Source of the DNA: an uncultured Actinomycetes bacterium
GTDB taxonomy: Bacteria; Actinomycetota; UBA4738; HRBIN12
Direction of reading: 5' to 3'
Assembly (NCBI GenBank): GCA_963728735.1
Contig: CAVSLX010000009.1
Span: 11,190-75,189, forward strand
DNA length: 64,000 nucleotides
The translations under genes were made by a program, and so were the position numbers. Of the stretch, positions 41,213 to 50,270 are shown one piece after another. The notes under the pieces are model-generated. The model was not told where the DNA came from and made no database searches. It worked only from the letters and a program-made list of their open reading frames with translations. Positions within the stretch are counted from its first letter, which is position 1; every line of letters begins with the position of its first letter.

Positions 41213-41947
41213 GTGAGGTATCGAGTGGAGCAGCTCGCTTCCGAGTGCGGCGTGTCGGTCGACACGGTCCGGTACTACCAGTCGCGCGGGTTGCTGCCGC
41301 AGCCAGGTCGCGAGGGGCGGGTCGCGTGGTACGGCCCGGAACACGCCACCGGTATCCGGAGGATCCGCGACCTCCAGCGTAAGGGGCTCACCCTCGCGGC
41401 GATCGGCAGGGTCGTCCGCGGCGAGCTCGGCGAGGCCGACACCGACCTCGCGGCGGCCGTCGCCGAGGAGCTGGGGGACCAGCGTGACGAGCCGCTCGAT
41501 CTCGAGGGGTTCGCCGAGCGGTCCGGCGTGCCGGCGTCATTGATCCAGGCCGTCGAGCGCGAGGGCATCCGGATCGGCCGCGAGGTCGACGGCGAGCGAC
41601 GCTACACCGCGTCGGACATCGAGCTCGTACGCACGGCGCTCCAGCTGCTCGAGTTCGGGCTTCCGCTGGCGGACCTGCTGGCGCTGGCGCGCGATTCCGA
41701 TGCGGCGATGCGCGGGCTGGCCGAGCGGGCCGTGGATCTGTTCGACGATCACGTACGCAAGCCGATCCGTGACACGGCCGGCGACGACCGGCGCGCGGCC
41801 GAGCAGATGGTCGAGGCGTTCCGCGAGCTGCTGCCGGCCGTGCAGACGCTCGTGTCGCACCATTTCCGGCGGGTGCTGCTCGAGATCGCCGAAGATCGCT
41901 TCGAGGTGGGCTCCGTGGGTGTCGCCTCCGAGGGCGATCGAGCGTGA
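41213..41947 (+). CDS. MerR family transcriptional regulator
   Basis: GVSVDTVRYYQSRGLLPQP, second HTH-like repeat; CACTC-GTA-GAGTG palindrome overlapping the TAGAGT -10 element. Confidence 0.88.
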   Translation: MRYRVEQLASECGVSVDTVRYYQSRGLLPQPGREGRVAWYGPEHATGIRRIRDLQRKGLTLAAIGRVVRGELGEADTDLAAAVAEELGDQRDEPLDLEGFAERSGVPASLIQAVEREGIRIGREVDGERRYTASDIELVRTALQLLEFGLPLADLLALARDSDAAMRGLAERAVDLFDDHVRKPIRDTAGDDRRAAEQMVEAFRELLPAVQTLVSHHFRRVLLEIAEDRFEVGSVGVASEGDRA

Positions 41948-42636
41948 GCGGCGATCCCTCCCTCCCGCAGGGCGAGGAGAAGGAACGCGCGGTCCGAGGG
42001 ATGTTCGACGCGATCGCGGGGCGTTACGACCTCGTGAACCGGGTGATGACGTTCGGCCTCGACGTGGGCTGGCGCCGGCGGACGGTTCGAGAGCTCCACC
42101 TGCCGCGCGGTTCCATCGTGTTCGACCTCGCCTGCGGTACCGGCGATCTGTGCCGAGAGCTCCGGAGAAGCGGTCACCGCGCGGTCGGGTTCGACTTCTC
42201 CTTCGGGATGCTCGCGGCGGCGCGGACGGACGCGCCGCTCGTCCAGGCCGACGCGCTTCGGCTGCCGGTCACCGACGCGAGCGCCGACGGCGTCACGTGT
42301 GGGTTCGCCCTTCGGAACGTCGTCTCGCTGCCCGCCCTCTTCGCGGAGGTCGGCCGGGTCGTGCGACCCGGCGGCGCGATCGCGTTGCTCGACGCGAGCG
42401 AACCCGAGGGCGGCGTGCTGAAGGCGGGCCACCACCTGTATTTCCACAAGATCGTGCCGTTGGTCGGTGGCGTCTTGTCGGACCGCGAGGCCTATGCGTA
42501 CCTCCCACGGTCGCTCGCGTACCTCCCACCCACCGCCGGGATGCTCGCGATGCTCGCCGAGGCCGGGTTCCCGTCGGCGCGACGCGTCCAGCTCACGGGC
42601 GGCGCGGCGCAGCTCTTCGTCGGGGTCCGCGCGTGA
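41944..42636 (+). CDS. menG: Demethylmenaquinone methyltransferase
   Basis: MFDAIAGRYDLVNRVMTFG, DLACGTGD, FALRNV, AYAYLPRS; men cluster context. Confidence 0.92.
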   Translation: MSGDPSLPQGEEKERAVRGMFDAIAGRYDLVNRVMTFGLDVGWRRRTVRELHLPRGSIVFDLACGTGDLCRELRRSGHRAVGFDFSFGMLAAARTDAPLVQADALRLPVTDASADGVTCGFALRNVVSLPALFAEVGRVVRPGGAIALLDASEPEGGVLKAGHHLYFHKIVPLVGGVLSDREAYAYLPRSLAYLPPTAGMLAMLAEAGFPSARRVQLTGGAAQLFVGVRA

Positions 42637-43835
42637 GGTCGGCGCTCGTGGCACGGGCCGAGCGGTTGGGTCCGTCGTTCGACCTGCTCGCCGCCTACGA
42701 CGGTGCACGCGGTCATCTGTTCGAGCACCAGGGCATCGGCGTGGGCGGCGGGCCGCCCGCGGCGACGATCGACGCGGCGTCGCCCGCCGAGATCGTCGCG
42801 ACGCTCCGGGCGGCTGCCGGCGACGTGTCGCCGATCGCCGTCGGCGCGCTGCCGTTCGAGACGGCATCGCCGGCCACGCTCGCGGTCGCTGCGCGCGCGG
42901 TGGTGCGCACCGATGAGGACATCCCGTGGCGCGTCGACGTCGGGCACGAGGGCGACACCGCCGACTTCGAGCGGATCGCTCTCGCCTCGCCGCACGATGC
43001 CTTCGCGCAGCCCCAGCTCACCGAGGTGCCACCGCCGGGGGAGTACGCGGACGCGGTGCGCACCGCGATCGCGCGGATCCGGGCCGGCGACCTCCGCAAG
43101 GTCGTGCTCGCTCGCACCATCGAGGTGGCGCCCGGCCGCCGGCTCGATCCGCGGCAACTCGTCCTGCGTCTGCGCGCGGTCGATCCCGACGCCTACGCGT
43201 TCGCGGTGCCGTCCGATCGCGGCGTTCTCGTGGGTGCGTCGCCCGAGTTGCTCCTGTCCCGTCGAGGACGCGAGATCCGCTCGAACCCGCTCGCCGGATC
43301 GGCGTCCCGTTCGGGGGATCCGGAGGAGGACCGTGTGCTCGCGCGCCGGCTCGAGGGGTCGACCAAGGACCGCGAGGAGCACGCGATCGTCGTCGAAGCC
43401 GTCGCGGAGGCGCTCCGGTCGTACTGCGAGGAGCTCCGCTGGGACCCGGAACCGGTCCTGCTCGAGACCGCGAACGTGTGGCACCTGTCGACGCGGTTCC
43501 ACGGCGTGCTCCGCGATCCGGCGCCGTCGGTGCTCGAGCTCGTCGCCGCGTTGCATCCGACGCCGGCGGTCGGCGGCGCTCCGCGCGATGCAGCGCTCGC
43601 CGCGATCGGCGAGCTTGAGCCGTTCGACCGAGGACGCTACGCGGGGCCGGTCGGCTGGGTCGACGCGAACGGCGACGGCGACTGGGCGATCGCCCTGCGA
43701 TGCGCGGAACTCCGCCCCGACGGCGCGACGTTATATGCGGGTGCGGGGATCGTCGCCGACAGCGATCCCGCCGCAGAGGTCGACGAGACCGACCGCAAGT
43801 TCCGCGCTTTCCTCGACGCCCTCCGGTGGGGATAG
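42633..43835 (+). CDS. menF: Isochorismate synthase
   Basis: KVVLAR, GASPELL, LAGS, KDREEH, LHPTPAV, RGRYAGPVGW, AGAGIV. Confidence 0.92.
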   Translation: MRSALVARAERLGPSFDLLAAYDGARGHLFEHQGIGVGGGPPAATIDAASPAEIVATLRAAAGDVSPIAVGALPFETASPATLAVAARAVVRTDEDIPWRVDVGHEGDTADFERIALASPHDAFAQPQLTEVPPPGEYADAVRTAIARIRAGDLRKVVLARTIEVAPGRRLDPRQLVLRLRAVDPDAYAFAVPSDRGVLVGASPELLLSRRGREIRSNPLAGSASRSGDPEEDRVLARRLEGSTKDREEHAIVVEAVAEALRSYCEELRWDPEPVLLETANVWHLSTRFHGVLRDPAPSVLELVAALHPTPAVGGAPRDAALAAIGELEPFDRGRYAGPVGWVDANGDGDWAIALRCAELRPDGATLYAGAGIVADSDPAAEVDETDRKFRAFLDALRWG

Positions 43836-43997
43836 AAGATTCGGGGCCGAGGCATCTTCACGTTTCCGGGTGGGTCGGTTCAGACGATCGTTTCCTCATC
43901 GATGAAGCAAGCTATCGAGACAGAGAGATGTACCGGTATCGAGTTCGACGTGGTTGCAATCTCGTGGTTGGCGGCCTCGACACCTGAGGATGGACTG

Positions 43998-44442
43998 ATG
44001 AAGCCTCCTGAGTGGAGCATCTGGATCGCCGTCTTGGTCGTCGCTCTGCTCCTATTCAGGGAATGGGCACGTTGGCGGGATCTCGTCGTGCTCTGGCTCG
44101 CTGCGTTCATCTTTGGCATGCTGCTGATCCTCCCCAACGCCCCTCCCTTGAGGATCGCGACGATACTCGCGATGGCACTCTTCGCCGGCCTCGCCCAGAG
44201 GACGATCGGACGCACTGAAATGCATGTCCCCGAGCCGATCAAGACCGTCCCTCCCCCTCATGGCCGCCTTCTCCAGGCAGGGCAGCTTGTGACGTGCATC
44301 GCGGGTGGCGTCTTCCTGATCATGGACGAGGCATGGCGACCGCCAGGGGCATTACTCGTCCGGGATCGCCTACCTCCTCGTCGGACTCGAAGCGTTGCTT
44401 CGCTATCGTCAACTCGTGCGCCTTCGAAGATCAGTGCCCTGA
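43998..44442 (+). CDS. Hypothetical membrane protein (likely frameshift near 44362)
   Basis: Several hydrophobic helices; lower-GC insert between convergent menF and menD. Confidence 0.55.
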
Positions 44443-46224
44443 CGTCGATTCAGTCAATGTCGGTAGTTGCCTGCGGCGCACGCGATCCCGCTCGGCGTCG
44501 ACCATGACGTCCACCACCCGGATCCCGGGCCGGTTCCGTGAGGACCGGATCGTGGGAACGAGGTCGCTGGCCGTCTCCACCCGGTGGTACGGGGCGCCGA
44601 CGGCCGCGCAGATCGCCTCGAGATCGAGCTCGCGCGGCGTGAGGAACAGCTCCCGGTGTTCGGGGAGCACCCGCTGGGGGAGGAGTGAGAAGACCTGGCC
44701 GCCGCCGTTGTTCGCGACGACGATCGTGAGATCGAGATCCGTCCATCGCGCGTTCCACGTGAGTGCGCCGATGTCGTAGGCGACCGACAGGTCGCCGAGC
44801 AGCGCAACCGTCGGGCCGCGCCGCGCTGCCGCGAGCCCGATGGCGGTGGAGATCAGGCCGTCGATACCGCTGGCTCCGCGGTTCGCGAACGCGTGGACCC
44901 GCTCGCGCGGCTTCATCGCAAGGTCGAGATCGCGGATCGGCGAGGAGTTCCCCACGAAGAGCGTTCCGCCGTCGGGGATCGATGCGGCGACGTCTCGCGC
45001 GATCCGCGGCTCGAAGGGCTCCTCCCACCCATCGAGCGCTGCGTCGAGCGCCGCCCGCGCCGCGACGTCGGCTGCGCGCCACGCTTCGTTCCACCCAACA
45101 GGCGCCGGCTCGAGCGCTCGCGCCAGCCGCCGCTCGATCCCGTCATCCGAGTTCGGGCGGTTCGAGGGCCACGTGACGGCGATGCCGGAGTCACCGCTCT
45201 TCAATCGTTGCTTCACTTCGCGACCGCCGATCGCGGCCGTCACCTCGGGGAGGTCCGCACGGAGTCGCCACGTCGCTCGGTGCTCGGGGTCCGGGTCGGG
45301 GTGGACGCGATCGGCGACGATCAGCCGTTCGGCGCTCGCGACGAAGCCCTGGGTCGCGCGAGTGGTCGGGGTGGCGCCGAGCTGGAGGACGACCTCGGGC
45401 CGGTGTTCGGCCGCCCACGTCTCGTCAGCGATCAGGGACTGACCGGCCGCGAGCGCACCTGGTCGGCGCAAGCCCGAGATCGGCTCGGCGAGGATGGGCC
45501 ATCCGAGCATCACGAAGATCTCGAGGTTCACCGACATCTCGTCGTAGGGCCAGGTCGGGCCCGCGACCACGACGACGCGTTTGCCCGAGATCTCCGAGGC
45601 CAGCCGTTCCTCATCGTCGGGAGAAAGGCTCAGCTCCTCGCGTTCGGGCCACGTCGCTGGCTCCTTGCTCGGCTCCAACGCGACGTCGGGCGAAGGGGTC
45701 AGCGGTTCGTCGAACGCGCAGTTCACCTGGACGGGCTGGAGCGTTCGGCGGATCCCGAGCAGCGCGTCGTGACCCGCGGCGCGCCAGGCATCCGCATCTT
45801 CGGACGCAAGGGGCACCGGCGGCTCTAGATATTCGGCGTGCGAGCCGTAGAGGTCGACCTGGTCGATCGTCTGGTTCGCGCCGGTGCCGCGCAGGCGCGG
45901 TGGGCGGTCGGCCGTCAGCAGCACGAGCGGCACCCGCGAGCGCGACGCCTCGATGACGGCGGGCAGGAACTCGGCAGCCGCGGTGCCGCTCGTGCACGCG
46001 ACGATCACCGGGCGGCGCGTCGCGCGAGCCAGACCCAGCGCCACGAACGCACTCGAGCGCTCATCCAGATGGACCTGCAGCTCGATCGAGGGGTGGCGTG
46101 AGAGTGCGAGCGCGAGTGGGGTCGACCGGGAGCCCGGCGACAGGCACGCGTGGCGCACGCCGCCGCGAACGAGCTCGTCGACGAGGGCCCAGGCGCACGT
46201 GAGGGACACGTCGCCGAGGTTCAC
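44431..46224 (-). CDS. menD: SEPHCHC synthase
   Basis: SPGSRSTPL, DERSSAF, CTSGTA, TADRP, NRGASGIDG, GDLS...NNGGG. Confidence 0.96.
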   Translation of the reverse strand: MNLGDVSLTCAWALVDELVRGGVRHACLSPGSRSTPLALALSRHPSIELQVHLDERSSAFVALGLARATRRPVIVACTSGTAAAEFLPAVIEASRSRVPLVLLTADRPPRLRGTGANQTIDQVDLYGSHAEYLEPPVPLASEDADAWRAAGHDALLGIRRTLQPVQVNCAFDEPLTPSPDVALEPSKEPATWPEREELSLSPDDEERLASEISGKRVVVVAGPTWPYDEMSVNLEIFVMLGWPILAEPISGLRRPGALAAGQSLIADETWAAEHRPEVVLQLGATPTTRATQGFVASAERLIVADRVHPDPDPEHRATWRLRADLPEVTAAIGGREVKQRLKSGDSGIAVTWPSNRPNSDDGIERRLARALEPAPVGWNEAWRAADVAARAALDAALDGWEEPFEPRIARDVAASIPDGGTLFVGNSSPIRDLDLAMKPRERVHAFANRGASGIDGLISTAIGLAAARRGPTVALLGDLSVAYDIGALTWNARWTDLDLTIVVANNGGGQVFSLLPQRVLPEHRELFLTPRELDLEAICAAVGAPYHRVETASDLVPTIRSSRNRPGIRVVDVMVDAERDRVRRRQLPTLTESTSGH

Positions 46225-46225
46225 G

Positions 46226-47152
46226 TCAGCCCACCGGCGTGCCGGTCTCGAAACGGACGTGTGCGAGCCACAGGCCGAGGGCGAGCAGGAGCCCGGTCGC
46301 CGCGTGCACCGCCGCGGTTCCGGTGAGCACCGGGATCAGCTCGCGGCCGGTTGCGGTCCGGATGAGCTCGAGGGGGCGGATCGAGAGCGGCCATGCCGCG
46401 AGCCCGAACAATCCCCATTGCGGCAGGCCAACCCGCTCGTCGATCAGGAACGCGACCACGCCCGCGATGATCGTGAGGAACGCGCCGATCACGCACGTGC
46501 CGTACAGGGCGCGGGCGTGTCGATCGCCGATCCGCACCGCGAGCGTGCGCTTGCCGGCGGCCGCATCGGTCGGGATGTCGCGCAGGTTGTTCGCGACGAG
46601 GATCGCCACGGCGAGCAGGCCGATCACGACGCCGGACCACCACGACGCCGCCGTGACGGTCTCGACCATCACGTAGGTCGTTCCGCACGTCGCCATCAGC
46701 CCGAAGAACAGGAACACCATCAGCTCGCCGAGGCCGAGTGAGGCGAAGGGCTTCGGGCCGCCGCTGTATGCGAGCGCGGCAAGGAGCGCGAGGGCGCCGA
46801 CGAGCAGGATCAGCACCGGCGTCGTCGCGAGGGCGAGCGCCAGCCCGGCGATCGCGGCGACGGCGATCGCGAGGAGCGCCGCGACGAGCACCGACGTTGC
46901 CGACGCGGCGCCGCTCGCGACCAGCCTCGGCGGTCCGACGCGCTCGTGGGTGTCGACGCCGCGCACGCCGTCGAAATAGTCGTTCGCGTAGTTCACGCCG
47001 ATCTGCAGCCCGGCGCCGACGACGAGGGCGGCGGCGAGCCGCCACCAGATCACCTCGCCCGCGGCCGCGCTGCCGACGAGGACGGGCACGAGCCCCGCGC
47101 CGAGCGTCCGGGGACGAGCGCCCTGCCACCAGACGCGGGCCGGGGCGGTCAC
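46226..47152 (-). CDS. menA: 1,4-dihydroxy-2-naphthoate polyprenyltransferase
   Basis: [31 protein letters not shown]...GKRTLAV. Confidence 0.95.
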   Translation of the reverse strand: MTAPARVWWQGARPRTLGAGLVPVLVGSAAAGEVIWWRLAAALVVGAGLQIGVNYANDYFDGVRGVDTHERVGPPRLVASGAASATSVLVAALLAIAVAAIAGLALALATTPVLILLVGALALLAALAYSGGPKPFASLGLGELMVFLFFGLMATCGTTYVMVETVTAASWWSGVVIGLLAVAILVANNLRDIPTDAAAGKRTLAVRIGDRHARALYGTCVIGAFLTIIAGVVAFLIDERVGLPQWGLFGLAAWPLSIRPLELIRTATGRELIPVLTGTAAVHAATGLLLALGLWLAHVRFETGTPVG

Positions 47153-48005
47153 GGTCGCTTCGGGAACCTCGAGAAGTCGGGGTCGCGCTTCTCCTTGAAG
47201 GCGTCGCGACCCTCCTGCGCCTCCTCGCTCATGTAATAGAGGAGCGTCGCGTCGCCGGCGAGGTGCTGCACCCCCGCGAGGCCGTCGACGCCGGCGTGGT
47301 AGCCGGATTTCAGCAGGCGGAGCGCGAGCGGCGAGTAGCGCGAGCATCTCCCTGCACCAGGCGACCGTCGTCTCCTCGAGCTCCTCGAGCGGCACGACCG
47401 CGTTGACGAGCCCCCAGTCGAGCGCCGTGCGCCGCGTCGTACTGGCGGCACAGGAACCAGACCTCCTTCGCGCGCTTCTCGCCGATCTGTCGGGCGAGCA
47501 AACCGATCCCGTAGCCGCCGTCGAACGAGCCGACGCGCGGGCCGGTCTGGCCGAACCGGGCATTCTCAGCCGCGATGGTGAGGTCGCAGCACAGATGGAG
47601 GACGTGGCCGCCGCCGATCGCGTAGCCGGCGACCATGGCGACGACCGGCTTCGGAAGCCGTCGGATCTGGATCTGGAGGTCGAGGACGTTCAGCCTTCCG
47701 ATGCCCTGTTCGTCGACGTACCCGTCGTCCCCGCGGATCTTCTGGTCCCCGCCGCTCGAGAAGGCCTCGGAACCTTCGCCCGTGAGGATCACCACGCCGA
47801 TCGACGGATCGTCGCGCGCGACATCGAACGCGTGGATCAGCTCACGGGTGGTTCGCGGCCTGAAGGCGTTGCGCACCTCGGGCCGCGCGATCGTGATCTT
47901 CGCGATGCCGTCGGCGGTCTCGTACCGCACGTCCTCCGCTGAGGCACTTCCGGATGCGCCCGGGCGATTGGCCTTCCAGTCGAGCGCGGGACGGATCTCC
48001 ACCAT
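47149..48005 (-). CDS. menB: 1,4-dihydroxy-2-naphthoyl-CoA synthase (apparent frameshifts near 47430 and 47340)
   Basis: [44 protein letters not shown]. Confidence 0.93.
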
Positions 48006-48059
48006 GTGACCACTGACTCCTAGAGCGCGGACTCGAACGGTTCCGCTAGCCTACCCGAC

Positions 48060-49227
48060 GTGACGATCAGCGCGGCCCCCGGAGAGCTCGTCGCGGTCGA
48101 GCTGCCGCCGGGCCCACGCTGGTTGGAGGTCGTCGACGAGCTCTGGGGGCGAGGGGTCGCGTTCCTTCCGCTCGATGTGCGGCTCACCGAGACCGAACGG
48201 CGCGCGGTCGTCGAGCGCGCCGCGCCCTCTCTCCTCGTGACCGAGGGCGAGGAGATCTGGTTCGCGAACGGCGCCCCGGTCGACGAGCGGATCGGGGCCG
48301 TCGTCGCGACCAGCGGAACGAGCGGCACCCCCAGGCTCGCCGACCTGTCTCGCCCGGCGCTCCGTGCTGCGCTCGACGCGTCGGCCGCCGCGCTCGACCT
48401 CGGGCCCCACCACGTCTGGGTCGCCTGCCTGACCCCGGCCCACGTGGGCGGGCTGCTCGTGCTCCTTCGCGGGGTCGACGCGCAACAGCCGATCGAGGTG
48501 CATCCGCGCTTCGATCCCGACCGGGTGCTGGAGTCGGCGCCGTGCTGGGTGAGCGTCGTGCCGACGATGGTTCGCCGGCTCGTCGTCGACGTCGGCGACC
48601 TGAGCGGCCTGTCCCTGCTCGTCGGCGGCGGCGCCCTCGATCCGATCCTCCGGGCCGAGGCCGAGTCCCGCGGCGCGCCGGATCGTGACCACCTACGGGC
48701 TCACCGAGACGTGCGGGGGGATCGCCTATGACGGTGTCCCGTTCGAAAGGACCCGCGCGCGCAAGGACGCCGACGGAAGGCTCGAGCTCCGCGGCCCGAC
48801 GCTGATGGACGGCTATCGCCACGATCCGCAGGCGACCGCCGACGCCTTCACCGTCGACGGCTGGCTCCGCACCGGAGACCTCGGCGAGGTCGACGACGGG
48901 ATGGTCGTCGTGCAGGGGCGCGCGGACGACGCGATCCGCTCGGGGGGTGAACGCGTGTGGCCCGACGAGGTCGAGGCGGTGCTTCGCGACCACCCCAAGG
49001 TGGCCGACACCGCCGTCGCGGGGCGTCCCGACGCCGAGTGGGGCGAACACGTCGCCGCGTGGGTGGTGCCCCGCCTCCTGGACGACCCTCCGACGCTTGA
49101 GGAGCTCCGCGATCACTGCCGAGACCGGCTGGCGGCGTTCAAGGCGCCGCGTGAGCTCTTCTTCGTGGCCGACATCCCGAGAACGTCCTCCGGGAAGATC
49201 CGCCGCAGCGCCCTCCTCGATCGCTAG
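48060..49227 (+). CDS. menE: o-succinylbenzoate-CoA ligase (frameshift near 48685)
   Basis: TSGTSGTP, HVGGL, TYGLTET, TGDLG, SGGE, PRTSSGK; leaderless TAGCCT-N7-GTG. Confidence 0.88.
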
Positions 49228-49254
49228 AAGAACTCGCGAGAAGGGAAGCACTCG

Positions 49255-49350
49255 TTGGAACCAGAACTGGTGAACCAGGGACCGTTTGGAACCAAGGAGC
49301 TGTTGAAACCGGGGGCCTGTCGGAACCAGGGGCTGTTGGGACTCAGGGCT
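49255..49350. repeat. Degenerate 17-nt-period tandem array of mini-hairpins
   Basis: Units start at 49275, 49292, 49309, 49326 (partial at 49343; shorter unit at 49261); consensus CCAGGGGC(C)TGTTGGAA. Confidence 0.75.
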
Positions 49351-49374
49351 CAAGCAGCGAAGCGATAGCCCTCA

Positions 49375-49470
49375 TAAAAGGAGAAGGCCCGAGTCAGGGA
49401 GGGGTTGACTCGGGCCTTCCGAACCCGCCGGTCACCGAGGGGGTGGTGACCGGCGTGAGAGGGTTCCGTG
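49375..49470 (-). ncRNA. Candidate 6C-like sRNA with two C-rich loops and intrinsic terminator
   Basis: 11-bp stem (49426-49455) with loop ACCCCCUC and 14-bp stem (49383-49419) with loop ACCCCUCCC, followed by UCCUUUUA on the minus strand; 5' end approximate. Confidence 0.65.
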
Positions 49471-49512
49471 GTGTCGCACCCTGGACTTCGTCGGGACCTC
49501 CGAGATGCTGCA

Positions 49513-49528
49513 TACCCGGAACCGGGTA
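49513..49528. promoter_or_regulatory. NarL-type 7-2-7 inverted repeat
   Basis: TACCCGG-AA-CCGGGTA, perfect inverted repeat 60 bp downstream of a NarL-family regulator gene. Confidence 0.65.
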
Positions 49529-49588
49529 AGTATTGGGGTGCGGCGAACGGATTTTGAGCGCACCGGACGGAGGCGCCGAGGTGGAGGG

Positions 49589-50268
49589 TCAGCCGACCTG
49601 GATCGCGCCGTGACTTCACGGCGAACGCGACCGCCTCGAGCTTCGAATGCACGCGCAGCTTGCCCAGGATGTTGCGGACGTGGGTCTGCACGGTCTGCGG
49701 GCTGATGTAGAGCTTCGAGGCGATCTCGTCGTTCCGCATGCCCTCGGCGAGCAGGGCCGAGGATCTCGCGTTCGCGATCGGTGAGGTCGTTCAGGAGCGC
49801 CATCGCGTCGCGCGTCTCCTCGCGTTCGCGGGCGACCTGGGCGAGCAGCCGCGTGAGCGTCGCGGGATCGATCAGCACCTCGCCGTCGGCGGCCGACTTC
49901 ACCGCGGCGAGGACCTCCTCGGCGGCCTCGTCCTTCGACAGGAACCCCGAGGCGCCGGCTTCGACGGCCTCGACGAGCAGCCGGTCGTCGTCGTGGGCGG
50001 TCATGATCACGACCTTCGTTGACGGCGAGGCCTCCTTGATCTTGCGCGTGGCCTCGATGCCGCTCAGCCCGCCGCCCTTGAACACGATGTCCATGAGGAC
50101 CACGTCGGGCAGATGCTCCTGCGCGATCGAGATCGCCTCGTCGGCGGTGTGGATCGGCGGCGTGACCATCGTGAGGCCGTCGTCGAGGCCCACCACCGTC
50201 GCGAGCGCGTCGGTCAAGATCTTGTGGTCGTCGCAGATGAGCAGCGACACCGGATCCTTGCTTGCCAC
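49589..50268 (-). CDS. NarL/LuxR family response regulator (apparent frameshifts near 49755 and 49612)
   Basis: ICDDH, VLMD, MTAH, GFLSK, LTDREREIL then MRNDEIASKLYISPQTVQTHVRNILGKL. Confidence 0.9.
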
Positions 50269-50270
50269 CT

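Noticed and set aside
49255-49350. Repeat array as a CRISPR array
   Set aside because: Units are 17 nt, degenerate and contiguous, with no unique spacers and no cas genes in the window.
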